Shown here one piece after another: positions 26,644 through 35,895 of a DNA stretch of 39,820 nt (position 1 is the first letter of the stretch; each line of letters begins with the position of its first letter). The position numbers were made by a program, and so were the translations under genes. The notes under the pieces are model-generated. The model saw only the letters and a program-made list of their open reading frames with translations, made no database searches and had not been told where the DNA came from. Origin of the DNA: Candidatus Kaiserbacteria bacterium RIFCSPHIGHO2_01_FULL_55_37 (GTDB taxonomy: Bacteria > Patescibacteriota > Minisyncoccia > Phycocordibacterales > UBA2100); contig MFKY01000023.1 in assembly GCA_001781175.1 (NCBI GenBank), positions 363 through 40,182 on the forward strand, read 5' to 3'.

Positions 26644-27777
26644 TTAGCTGAGGGCGGCGATGCCGGGGAGGGTTCCCTTCAATAGGTACTCAAGCATCGC
26701 TCCGCCGCCGGTCGAGAGGAAGCCGAGGTCTTTTTGTGATACGCCGGTCGCTTCTATTGCGGCGATGGTGTCGCCGCCGCCGATGACTTTCTTCCCTTCG
26801 TTCTTTGAAATGAGCTCCGCAACTGCCTGCGTGTAGTGGATATAGCCGCTCTCATACATGCCGGTGGGGCCTGCCCAAAGGATGAATTTGGCGGCGGCGA
26901 TATGCGGAGCGAGCATTGCGACCGTGTCGGGACCTATATCTACTACCTTATCGTCGGGCTGCACGTCCTGCGGTTTTTTGACGTGTGCTTGTCCGTCAGG
27001 CGTCTCCGTCGTCACGTCGAGCGGCGCAAGGAAATGCGGGTTCGAAAGGATGTCCTCGCCGGGTAGTTCTTTGGAAATGAGTGAACGGCCAACCGGAAGT
27101 CCTCGCGCCTTGAAAACATCATTCGCAAGCGCGCCGGTAATGAATACGTGGTCGTACTTTTCGAGCAACAATTTAATGAGCGGCGCTTTCGTCTCGAATT
27201 TCGCCCCGCCGAGAATGGCAAGCGAGGGGTGTTCGGGTGCGCGGGCGGCATCAATCTCGTTTACTTCGTTCCGCATCAGTAGTCCCGCGTACGAAGGAAG
27301 GAATTTCGGAACACCAATCATCGTCGCGCTTCCGCGATGTGCGCTGGGGAAAGCATCATTCACATATATGTCGGCGAGCGTGGAAAGTTCTTTCGCATAA
27401 GAATCATCCCCCGCTATTTCACGTGGGTCACGTTGTAAATTTTCAATCATTATCATCTCTCCATCTTTCATAGCACCGACGGCTTGATGCGCCACAATGC
27501 CCGTGAGGTCGGGGACGAAAACTACAGGAACATATTTCCTAAGCGCTTCTGCAACAGGTGCAATTGAAATCTTATCTTTCGGTTTATGTCCAACTTTTGA
27601 TGCAATTATCGTTCGCGCGCCGCTCTTGGAAAGAAACCCGACCGTCGGGAGCGAACGTTCGAGCCGGAAGACGTCCGATACGTTGCCGTCGTCATCCACA
27701 GGCAAATCCATTCCGGTGCGCAACAAAACACGCTTTCCTTTTAATTCACTCGCGGGAATTTCGTCGATGCATTTCAT
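26644..27777 (-). CDS. pgk: Phosphoglycerate kinase (divergent N-domain)
   Basis: YVNDAF..AHR, LGGAK, DIGP, GGGDT, STGGGAMLE. Confidence 0.93.
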   Translation of the reverse strand: MKCIDEIPASELKGKRVLLRTGMDLPVDDDGNVSDVFRLERSLPTVGFLSKSGARTIIASKVGHKPKDKISIAPVAEALRKYVPVVFVPDLTGIVAHQAVGAMKDGEMIMIENLQRDPREIAGDDSYAKELSTLADIYVNDAFPSAHRGSATMIGVPKFLPSYAGLLMRNEVNEIDAARAPEHPSLAILGGAKFETKAPLIKLLLEKYDHVFITGALANDVFKARGLPVGRSLISKELPGEDILSNPHFLAPLDVTTETPDGQAHVKKPQDVQPDDKVVDIGPDTVAMLAPHIAAAKFILWAGPTGMYESGYIHYTQAVAELISKNEGKKVIGGGDTIAAIEATGVSQKDLGFLSTGGGAMLEYLLKGTLPGIAALS

Positions 27778-27782
27778 ACCGC

Positions 27783-28562
27783 CTAGGATAGCGAACTGAT
27801 AAGGGCTGCAAACCGGAACGCGTCGATACTCACATGCCCGACGATGAAACCCTGCGCCCCGCTTTCTTGGAGCATCGGGAGTGCGTTCGATTCTGTCGTG
27901 GCGCCTCCGTACAATATTTTGACATTCATGCCCGCTTCGTAGCCTTTTCCGCCGGAGGTGGATCCTCCTCCGGAGGACATGCCGACGAGGGTCTTGCGGA
28001 TAAAAATCGTCATCTCGTGCATATCGCGCGGGCTCATGGTCTTCTCGCCGCCAATCGCCCAGACAGGTTCGTAGGCGACGAGAACTTTTGTGACCTTGCT
28101 CGGCTCGACATCCGCAAACGCCGCACGCAGCTGCTCTTTTACGAAAGAAAAATGCTCGCCGTTCTGCGAGCGCTCGCGTTCGCCGACGCAGAGAATCGGT
28201 GTCATGCCGCAGACGAGGGCGGCGGCCACTACCTTTCCCGCAGCTTCGTTCGTCTCCCCTTTTGCCCGTTGCTCCGAATGACCAACGATGACGTACTGCG
28301 CTCCCGCATCTTTTGCTTGCAGCAAAGAAATATCTCCCGTGTACGCGCCGCTTCCCTCCGCGCTTGCCTGTTGTAGCGCGAATGCAACTCTCTTTCCCTT
28401 GTACCGCGCACGCAAGTCGCGCAAAAAGATTGCGGGCGGCGCCACGATGAGCGTCACATTCTTCGCGGACTCCGCGGCCTTCCTCGTCGCATCAAAAAGC
28501 TTCTTCGCCTCGCGCATGGTCGGCGGATTCATCTTCCAATTGGCGACGACGATGGATTTCAT
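27783..28562 (-). CDS. tpiA: Triosephosphate isomerase
   Basis: NWKMN, GAYTG, GHSE, AYEPVWAIG, ILYGG. Confidence 0.97.
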   Translation of the reverse strand: MKSIVVANWKMNPPTMREAKKLFDATRKAAESAKNVTLIVAPPAIFLRDLRARYKGKRVAFALQQASAEGSGAYTGDISLLQAKDAGAQYVIVGHSEQRAKGETNEAAGKVVAAALVCGMTPILCVGERERSQNGEHFSFVKEQLRAAFADVEPSKVTKVLVAYEPVWAIGGEKTMSPRDMHEMTIFIRKTLVGMSSGGGSTSGGKGYEAGMNVKILYGGATTESNALPMLQESGAQGFIVGHVSIDAFRFAALISSLS

Positions 28563-28591
28563 TGACGGATTGTATCACCTCTAAATCCTCA

Positions 28592-28748
28592 AGCGAGTGC
28601 GGCGGCGCATCTTAGAACCTCCCGGAGGCGAAGAGCCGAGGATTAAGGGTTTTTCAGCAGATGATTCAGCAGAATCACATCGCGTAATTGTCCTTAAAAC
28701 GCGATGCCGCCCGGGTTCTGAGATGCACTGCCGTCGAGCGCCCCCGCT
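28592..28748. ncRNA. Candidate structured RNA with 6S-like architecture (unconfirmed)
   Basis: gcatcttagaacc (28607-28619) pairs with ggttctgagatgc (28714-28726); outer gcggcgg/ctgccgt; inner ttaaggg/tccttaa and tgattc/gaatca. Confidence 0.45.
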
Positions 28749-30273
28749 ATTGCTCCCGCCAGAGGACGAAACCGTAGTCGGTCGACGCGGAGGGCGTGAA
28801 CGGAGGCGGGTTGGTCGCCTGCAGTTGGTCATATGCATCTATACGAGTCTGAAATCCGGAGCATGTGGTGCTGCCGCATATCCAACTCGTCCCTGTTCGG
28901 GCGTTAGAGACGACCGTACCAACGGTAGTGAGTTGCGAGCGAAGGACGTAAGAGGCCCACGCAGACCCGACCCGCTGACTGGAGGAGTATGAAGAGCTAT
29001 TCGTATAAAAGTTGCGTCCGTAGCGCCCGCTGTGAGCGGAGAAAATGCCGTGAATTTCCATGGTGTCGGGGACGTTCAGCGGGATGAGAACGTTGCGCTC
29101 CGCCATGACGGTGAGGCCCGACGTGCCGTCATTCGCCGCGTAGGTAATGTTGTTCGGCAGATACACATCGATGGTTGTGCCGGTGTCGGAGGGGGTAGCG
29201 GCGACGACCGTGACCTTCCCTTTTACGACACCTTCTATCCATACTCTGTCCTCGAGAAAAATGAGGCTGCACGAGGAGGGAATCGTGTAATTCCCCAGCA
29301 ATGTTTCACCCGCTATTATGCTGTATTCTGTTGCTCCAGTCGTCCAGCCAGTTTGCGAGTTGTAGCTTGGGATACCGGTGGTGGAGGTCACACGGCGGAC
29401 ATCGAACGTGCCGTTGGATTTAAAAATGAGGTGGTAACCGCGGCTATCTACCACACCGGTGGAAGATGCAAAATACAGGCCGCCGCCCGTTTGCGCATAG
29501 GTCTTCAGGTTCGCGAGGTTCGTCGCAATACCCGCAAAGTCAATAGAAGCGGCCGATGAGTGCCATAGCGCCGAGCCGCTCCCGGAGCCCACAACACCCG
29601 GCGCGCTACTTTGCGTCGGAGAACAGCCGTAACTACTGTTGCAGACCCATGTCGTCTTTGCGCTCGAGACGTCGGAATTATTCGTCCCGTCCATACGAAT
29701 GCCGCCGTTGGAAAAATATTGACCCGTAATCGCACGGTCGGACCCCGCCCACACGTTACTGTTCAATAAATACGAGTACGCGGCGACCGACTGGCGCATA
29801 TAGCGTGCAAGGAGCGTGCGTGTGAACACCAAATTGGTATTCGAAGTCCCTTGCGAGGTGATATCTATCGACTGGATGATGCCGCACTGTGAGTTGCCGG
29901 CAACGGAGAGTGCGGCTGAGCCCAACTCGCCTCCCTCGGGATCGCTCACGGTATACGTATAAGGCCCGGATTGGCCGGTACCGTTCGTCAGGTTGTTCGG
30001 GTTGTGCGCGAGAAACCAGCGGTAATATTCCAGCCCCGCTTCGGCGATAGTGAGCGCCTGTTCCCGCCCGTAGAGAGCACGCCCGTACTTCGCCTGCTGG
30101 AATGCGTAGCTCGTGATAGTCCCCATGATGAGGAGAAAAATGCCCATAAATGCGATGACGAGCATCGTCGTTACCCCTCGCTGCGCTCGCCAGGAGACAG
30201 GAGGAAAGACACAAGAGGCAGGACGAATTTCATCGTCTTTCGCATGCCTCATTCCTCTTAGTTCGTGGTTCAT
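28747..30273 (-). CDS. PilX/GspK-like minor pilin
   Basis: QRG|VTTMLVIAF without E+5; QALTIAEAGLE; C-terminal PPPF..WREQ. Confidence 0.85.
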   Translation of the reverse strand: MNHELRGMRHAKDDEIRPASCVFPPVSWRAQRGVTTMLVIAFMGIFLLIMGTITSYAFQQAKYGRALYGREQALTIAEAGLEYYRWFLAHNPNNLTNGTGQSGPYTYTVSDPEGGELGSAALSVAGNSQCGIIQSIDITSQGTSNTNLVFTRTLLARYMRQSVAAYSYLLNSNVWAGSDRAITGQYFSNGGIRMDGTNNSDVSSAKTTWVCNSSYGCSPTQSSAPGVVGSGSGSALWHSSAASIDFAGIATNLANLKTYAQTGGGLYFASSTGVVDSRGYHLIFKSNGTFDVRRVTSTTGIPSYNSQTGWTTGATEYSIIAGETLLGNYTIPSSCSLIFLEDRVWIEGVVKGKVTVVAATPSDTGTTIDVYLPNNITYAANDGTSGLTVMAERNVLIPLNVPDTMEIHGIFSAHSGRYGRNFYTNSSSYSSSQRVGSAWASYVLRSQLTTVGTVVSNARTGTSWICGSTTCSGFQTRIDAYDQLQATNPPPFTPSASTDYGFVLWREQ

Positions 30274-30275
30274 AG

Positions 30276-30875
30276 TTAGTGCCCGATTAAGTTCCGCATC
30301 GCAGCGGAGGAACGCAGTGAAAGCGGCGTCGGTGAGCGGACGGGGTCGACATCAACGAGCAGCGTCGCGGAGATGTACCGCACATCTCCGATTTTCGCAT
30401 AATCGCTCACGAGCGTGCCATTCTTATCGTAGTAGGAAAAAAGCGACGTCCCCAGAATCACATTCCTCACATTGTCGGAGACGGTTGAGGTCGCTTCGGC
30501 TCCCGTATACACGAAAGGATCTCCGGAGGGCTCAACGGTGCCCCGAACGAGCGAAGTCCCCGAGAGGTAGTAGTGCACCAATTCGATGCCTGAGTCACCG
30601 TCTATCTCAGCGTAGAATTTCAGCTCGTTATTGCCGAGAGAAACGACCGGGTACGCGCCGTTGCTCGCATAGGAAGCCTCGCGTATCGTCCGGATCATGA
30701 GGTCAATCCCGCGTTGTGCGGAAGCGGTCGCGGCTCCTTGTTGGACAGAATAGTTACTCGTTCGGTAGAAATACAGGACTGACGAGGTGAGCGCGAGCAT
30801 CGCCGAAGTAAAGACCGCGACCCATACGACGGCTTCAAGAAGGCCCATCCCCCTTCCGTGTGAAGTGCGTTCCAT
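30276..30875 (-). CDS. PilW/GspJ-like minor pilin
   Basis: GRG|MGLLEAVVWV prepilin motif; IREA; C-terminal MRN. Confidence 0.85.
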   Translation of the reverse strand: MERTSHGRGMGLLEAVVWVAVFTSAMLALTSSVLYFYRTSNYSVQQGAATASAQRGIDLMIRTIREASYASNGAYPVVSLGNNELKFYAEIDGDSGIELVHYYLSGTSLVRGTVEPSGDPFVYTGAEATSTVSDNVRNVILGTSLFSYYDKNGTLVSDYAKIGDVRYISATLLVDVDPVRSPTPLSLRSSAAMRNLIGH

Positions 30876-30876
30876 A

Positions 30877-32706
30877 CTAGTTGAGCACTACGGAGAACCG
30901 TGTTGTGCCGGTGACATCTACACCGTCCGCAGAGTACGTTTGATATCCGGTCGAAGAAGCGGTAACCGAATAATTACCGTTTGTGAGACCGTCGAAGAAC
31001 GCCTGTCCGCATGCGTCGGTTGTTACGGTAGCGTCGTATGACCCGCCTTTCGTGACACGTACCGTCCCTCCCGCAATCGTCACACCGGAACTATTCTTCA
31101 CATCCACGAGAAGAGAATTGGTCGTTTGTGCGGCAAGAAAGAGCTGAATGGAGCGCGACGTGTTCGGCGCGAGCACGACCGGCTGCGGTGCGCACGACGA
31201 TGCAATATCATATCCGGTTGAAACCGCGACAGAGAGCGTATATGCATCCCACTCGAGATTCGAGATCGTCAGGGCCCCCGAAGAATTCGTCGTGAGCAGT
31301 TGATCGTATTTGTAGACGGTTCCGCCCGGCCCCGAACCGATTACTTTTGCCCCCCGCATAGTGAACGGAATTGTTATTCCCTGTCCGCTTTCATACGTCA
31401 GGCTCCATTCCTCGATAGAGGGTGACGGGGCATTGGGATTTTGCGCGACGAGATACGCATACAAGACCAGGCTCGGGTACGTGTCCGCGGGTACACCGCG
31501 TAAGTCCATAGACGTGCCGGACGAAAAACCGGCACTGTTGCCCGGGAGGACCGCGTCAGGGATGAGCGTGAGGCCGCCACCCGTCGGGTAGTAGACGTGG
31601 TAGGTGATGCTCGTCTCGGAAGGCTGTGTATCGTTCCAAGAAAAAGTCCCCCAGCGCGAAAGTGCGACGGGGGTAATTGTCTGCGAATAGAGATTGGCGG
31701 GTGTGGTCCACGGCTGGATACCCTCAAAGCGCGCGCGGTTGCCGCTCACTTCTATGTGGTCCGTCGAAGCGACTATTTTACTCTCGTCCGCAAAAGAGTC
31801 TGACCAGGAGTTCGTCGTGCGTGAGTACGTGCTGACGGCGAGGGAAGAAACCGCATCTATCGCGAAGGTCCCCGTGGTCGTTTGATTATGCGAAACTGTC
31901 AGATGCCCCGGGTCCGGGTCCGTGTTTTGCGCCGTGACACCGTATGTCTGCGCGGTAGAATAGCCGCTCTTCGTTGTCACAATCTGATAGCCGGAAGCCG
32001 CCGGCGCGCCGATGAAAGAAGCCGTCCCGCTCGCATTGGTGAATGTATTAATGGAAATCGCAGGCGTAGTCGATGGGTTAACTATGGAAACCGATGCTCC
32101 GGCGAGCGGTTGAGAACTCGCGTCCACGGCATTAATCGTGAGCGTGCCGCACGGTGGCGTACACGCTATCTCCATGCCTGAAGGCGGTTCGTACCGGGAG
32201 ACAAGTATGATGTGCCGGTCGCCGGTGCGCGAAGTCCACAAGACATCCACTTTCGCGACTTTGTAATCGCTCGTAATGCCGTTCACATCCGCAGCTCCCG
32301 TGCCGTCTTTCGGGTCGTCAGCGTATTCGACGATGGTGCGGCGCGTGAACGGAATGCCGTTGAGAGTGACCGGTTCGGATTGCGCTATCGCGCCCGGCGG
32401 AATGCCGCCGGAGGTGCCGATTGCGGCATAGGTGAGACTCCGGATGTATTCCATGCGCTCATTGGCGAGTGCGATAGCGCTCCCGCGCGCCTTATTGTTC
32501 GTCACGACATCCACCGCCAGCTTAAACGCCGCGGCAATGCCCAGGAAAATCACGAGCATGAGCGCCGTACCTACGACGGTGTCAATGAGCGTGACGCCTC
32601 TCGATCTCGTAGCCCGTAAAGGACTGCGATTTGTCGCCGCGCTTTGCGCGGACAAATCGGGAGCTTGTAGCTTGTAACTTGTAGAAAGATTTATTTTCAT
32701 TTGCAT
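30877..32706 (-). CDS. PilV-like minor pilin with carboxypeptidase-regulatory-like beta-sandwich domains
   Basis: RG|VTLIDTVVG; LANERMEYIRSL.Y; TNASG..F..GYQIVTTKSGY; TDACGQAFFDGL..Y.VTAS..GY. Confidence 0.85.
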   Translation of the reverse strand: MQMKINLSTSYKLQAPDLSAQSAATNRSPLRATRSRGVTLIDTVVGTALMLVIFLGIAAAFKLAVDVVTNNKARGSAIALANERMEYIRSLTYAAIGTSGGIPPGAIAQSEPVTLNGIPFTRRTIVEYADDPKDGTGAADVNGITSDYKVAKVDVLWTSRTGDRHIILVSRYEPPSGMEIACTPPCGTLTINAVDASSQPLAGASVSIVNPSTTPAISINTFTNASGTASFIGAPAASGYQIVTTKSGYSTAQTYGVTAQNTDPDPGHLTVSHNQTTTGTFAIDAVSSLAVSTYSRTTNSWSDSFADESKIVASTDHIEVSGNRARFEGIQPWTTPANLYSQTITPVALSRWGTFSWNDTQPSETSITYHVYYPTGGGLTLIPDAVLPGNSAGFSSGTSMDLRGVPADTYPSLVLYAYLVAQNPNAPSPSIEEWSLTYESGQGITIPFTMRGAKVIGSGPGGTVYKYDQLLTTNSSGALTISNLEWDAYTLSVAVSTGYDIASSCAPQPVVLAPNTSRSIQLFLAAQTTNSLLVDVKNSSGVTIAGGTVRVTKGGSYDATVTTDACGQAFFDGLTNGNYSVTASSTGYQTYSADGVDVTGTTRFSVVLN

Positions 32707-32750
32707 TTCCCTGTCAGCTGCAAGCTAGCAGCTAGTCCCTAGCAGCTAAT

Positions 32751-33968
32751 TTAGATATTTTGCGATAGAGAGTAGATGGGGGTTATCATCGCGACCGCGA
32801 AGAACCCGACCGCTCCTCCGATGATGAGCATAAGGAACGGCTCGATGATGGTCGACATATCCTTGGTTTTGCGGTCCACTTCATCCTCATAAAATACCGC
32901 CAGACGCTTCAGCATTTCGGCGACCTGGCCGGTCTCCTCACCGACCGCCATCATTTCCCCGACGAATGCCGGATACAGGTCTTCGCGACGAACGAACGCC
33001 GCCGCGAGCGATTGTCCCCCGCTCACACCCAAAGACGCGTCTTTGACGACCGCGCGGAAATAGGAATTTTGTACGACCTCACCCACGATATCGAGCGAGG
33101 TGATGACGTCAACACCCGACGAGAGGAGCGATGCGAGCGTGCGCGATGTGCGTGCGGCATTCACTTCGCGCACCATCGGTCCGATGAGCGGTAAACGCAG
33201 GAAGAAAAAATCCAATCCGCGTTTTCCCCATGTGGTACGTGCCGCGACATAGATAAGCGCACCGATGCCGGCGATACCGCCAAGCGCCACAAATGTGTAC
33301 TCCACGAGAAAATTGCTCACACTGATGACGAATTGCGTCGACGCCGGAAGCTCCGCTTTCATTTCCGCGAACGTCTGCGCGAGTGTCGGCACGACCTCTA
33401 TCATCATGAGTATGCCGATGCCGAATATGGCGAAGAGGATGACGCACGGATAGATGAGTGCACCGCGGATTTTTTTCTTGAGAGAGTACATCCGTTCCAT
33501 CTGGTCCGATATCACCTGGAGCGACGCGGCAAGGTCTCCTCCCTCTTCGCCCGCGCGCACCATCGCCACAAATAATTTTGAGAATACGCGCGGATATTTT
33601 GCGAGTGAGTCGTGCAGGGTATCCCCGCGCCGGACGTCCGAGGATATCTGCGATATGACCGACGACATTTTCAGGTTTTTTGTCTGTCGCTCTATTACAG
33701 CCAGCGCCCGCGCAAGCGCTAATCCGGCACCGAGCATCGCGCCCAAATTGCGTGCGAGTAGTATTTTCTCGTACTCGGTGATGCGCGAGAACATCGCATT
33801 CCAATAATCCATCGAGAGCCACCCGTTTCCTCCCGTCTCTTCCAGAGAAATAATCCTTCCGCCCTCCTGGCGGACGATTCCGTAGAGCTCGAACCGGTCG
33901 GCCGCTGCTGCTACGCCTTTGTAGACTTCTCCGTCACTCTTTTCAGCGGTGTAGATAAACTTCGCCAT
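32751..33968 (-). CDS. pilC: Type IV pilus platform protein (PilC/GspF)
   Basis: MVRAGEEGG, KIRGALIYP, AVGEETG, IIEP...PIY. Confidence 0.95.
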   Translation of the reverse strand: MAKFIYTAEKSDGEVYKGVAAAADRFELYGIVRQEGGRIISLEETGGNGWLSMDYWNAMFSRITEYEKILLARNLGAMLGAGLALARALAVIERQTKNLKMSSVISQISSDVRRGDTLHDSLAKYPRVFSKLFVAMVRAGEEGGDLAASLQVISDQMERMYSLKKKIRGALIYPCVILFAIFGIGILMMIEVVPTLAQTFAEMKAELPASTQFVISVSNFLVEYTFVALGGIAGIGALIYVAARTTWGKRGLDFFFLRLPLIGPMVREVNAARTSRTLASLLSSGVDVITSLDIVGEVVQNSYFRAVVKDASLGVSGGQSLAAAFVRREDLYPAFVGEMMAVGEETGQVAEMLKRLAVFYEDEVDRKTKDMSTIIEPFLMLIIGGAVGFFAVAMITPIYSLSQNI

Positions 33969-33975
33969 TCATATA

Positions 33976-34083
33976 AGTATACCCCGTGAGATAAACACTG
34001 TATCGGTTTTATGCACTTTTTTCTCGCAACATGAAAAGGTGGAGCGAAGTTTTCGAACGAATTTTTATCTCATGGGGTATAAC
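33976..34083. repeat. ~105-bp IR-bounded element, copy 2; overlaps the pilC -10 (TATACT)
   Basis: tataccccgtgagataaa (33978-33995) and tttatctcatggggtata (34064-34081), 17/18 complementary. Confidence 0.7.
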
Positions 34084-34136
34084 GTGCAATCACACCGGCT
34101 TCGCGCGGAAAATATAAAAACGTATACAAACAGCGA

Positions 34137-34161
34137 GGGCGCGGCAGGTGATGCCGCGCCC
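34137..34161. terminator. Hairpin after the 34186-34569 gene
   Basis: gggcgcggca-ggtga-tgccgcgccc 10-bp stem. Confidence 0.55.
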
Positions 34162-34185
34162 CGGGTATATTTGAGGTCCCTTAAC

Positions 34186-34569
34186 TCAGTTGCCACCCAC
34201 GCCGGGTTCCGATTCCGATCCCGGAAAGACGACGGGCGCAGCGCAAATGAACGTGAAGACCGCGGATATGCTGCCAAGAATGATCTGCACCCAGCCGTTA
34301 GTGAACCAGGTTGGGATCAGGCCCCTCAGCGCCGGGCCGGCGTCCCAGCAGATAATCATGAGGACCGTGATTGTTGCCCAGATCAACGTTTCCTTCCATG
34401 CGCACTCTAGAGATTCGGCAAGGAACACCAGCGAGGCGATTAGGGCCGAGAGGAAGATGTTGCGAGCCCACCAGGTAACGACGGCCGGGCCATCCATAAG
34501 ATAACCGACCAGCAACGCAACTAGGGCGATTGCCAGTAGAAAGAGCGCCAAGAATCTGAAGCCTTGCAT
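34186..34569 (-). CDS. Hypothetical four-TM membrane protein
   Basis: Hydrophobic helices; GGAGG before the ATG. Confidence 0.7.
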   Translation of the reverse strand: MQGFRFLALFLLAIALVALLVGYLMDGPAVVTWWARNIFLSALIASLVFLAESLECAWKETLIWATITVLMIICWDAGPALRGLIPTWFTNGWVQIILGSISAVFTFICAAPVVFPGSESEPGVGGN

Positions 34570-34670
34570 TGTCTACCTCCGCCTTTAATTCTTTGACCAG
34601 CCACCACGAGTCGCAGGACTCGTTGACCAATCGGATTGAAACACGGGTAGTCGATTGTGTCGACCTTACC

Positions 34671-34700
34671 CTTCTCGGTGATGACGCGTAGCGCTTGTTT
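34671..34700 (-). repeat. Degenerate copy of the pilB 3' end
   Basis: 24/30 identical to 37708-37737; reads KQALRVITEK versus EEVLRVITE*. Confidence 0.65.
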
Positions 34701-34707
34701 CTCGGTA

Positions 34708-35895
34708 TTACGCAACTCCACTTGGCACCTGCGGTTCTGTCGGAGTTTTTCCGAATCCGCTTCGCGCGGTGAGCGCGAAGAGAGCAACGATGACGAGCGC
34801 CGCAAATCCGATACCTGCCCACGGAATCCACGCGTATTTTTCGGTAAGCCGGCTTTCTTCTTTGTCGCATATGTCACCAACGCCGTCGCTGTCGGCATCT
34901 GCCTGGTTGACGTTGGGATTGTCCGGACAATTGTCGCGGACATTCGGTATACCATCGCGGTCAAAATCTTCGCACACGTCCCCGAGCCCGTTGCCGTCAA
35001 TATCCGCCTGGTCGGCATTCGCCGTAGAAACGCAGTTGTCGCGCGTGTCCGGTATGCCGTCGGAATCCGAGTCGGCGGGTATGTAGCCCGGATTCGACTT
35101 GGAAACGGACGCGGCGACCCGGCGCACGTTTCTGCTGTCCGCGAGATTGCCGGATTCTCCGGAGGGGACGACTACGCTTCTGTCGGCATTGAAGTAGATG
35201 CGGTACGAGTGGTCCGGCTGGGCAAGAAAACGCAGCGAGCGGCTTCCGACCGGTACATTGTCTTCCGCCAACTGCAATTCGCGGATGCGCAGCGGTTGCA
35301 CGTGCGTGAGCTCGATTACCCAGCTCCGCGCCCTCGTCTGGGGAAAGCGAAACGCCGTCGAATCGAGAGTGCGTTCAGAGACGACGACTTTTTCCGGTCC
35401 ACTTGAGTCGGATGCGCGTATTGCGATGGTTACAGGTAATGCGACATTGTCCGCGAGCGCGATAGTCAGGGCCGATGAGGTGACCGGCACTGCCGCAGTG
35501 AGTGTGATGACCGTCCGTATCGCCGTATTTCCGGGAACTTCGAACGACGCGTAAGAGACGGGGTCATTATCGGCGAGGGCGGCAACGTTTGCAGTCGTAT
35601 CGTTGCTGACGGCCGTAAAAGTCGCGGACTTGTTCGTTTGTAAAAAATAGGAAGGCTCGAAACGGTTCGTTCCGGTGTCCTGTACGGCGAATTCGTAACT
35701 TTCCAAAAAATCTCTGTCCAGCGGCACCTCTACTACCGTCGGCACAACTATGCGTATCAGTGTCTTTGGTACATCCTTGAGTTGCCGGTAAGCACTGACT
35801 ACGTTCTCTTGCGCATAGACCACCGACACGGCGGCGAAAAAAAGTGCGGCAGCTACGATGACCCACAACCGGAGACGGGATGTCGCGTTATACAT
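34708..35895 (-). CDS. Thrombospondin type-3 repeat protein with signal peptide and C-terminal TM
   Basis: DSDSDGIPDTRDNC, DIDGNGLGDVC, DRDGIPNVRDNCP..PN..QADADSDGVGDICD; start overlaps the upstream stop. Confidence 0.88.
   Translation of the reverse strand: MYNATSRLRLWVIVAAALFFAAVSVVYAQENVVSAYRQLKDVPKTLIRIVVPTVVEVPLDRDFLESYEFAVQDTGTNRFEPSYFLQTNKSATFTAVSNDTTANVAALADNDPVSYASFEVPGNTAIRTVITLTAAVPVTSSALTIALADNVALPVTIAIRASDSSGPEKVVVSERTLDSTAFRFPQTRARSWVIELTHVQPLRIRELQLAEDNVPVGSRSLRFLAQPDHSYRIYFNADRSVVVPSGESGNLADSRNVRRVAASVSKSNPGYIPADSDSDGIPDTRDNCVSTANADQADIDGNGLGDVCEDFDRDGIPNVRDNCPDNPNVNQADADSDGVGDICDKEESRLTEKYAWIPWAGIGFAALVIVALFALTARSGFGKTPTEPQVPSGVA

Noticed and set aside
28581..28992. Short ORFs crossing the tpiA-pilin intergenic region
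   Set aside because: They overlap the pilin gene, lack protein-like features, and the region is better explained by RNA structure.
34147..34158. Possible third pilB-end copy (ggtgatgccgcg)
   Set aside because: Only 12 bp and fully explained as part of a terminator-like hairpin.
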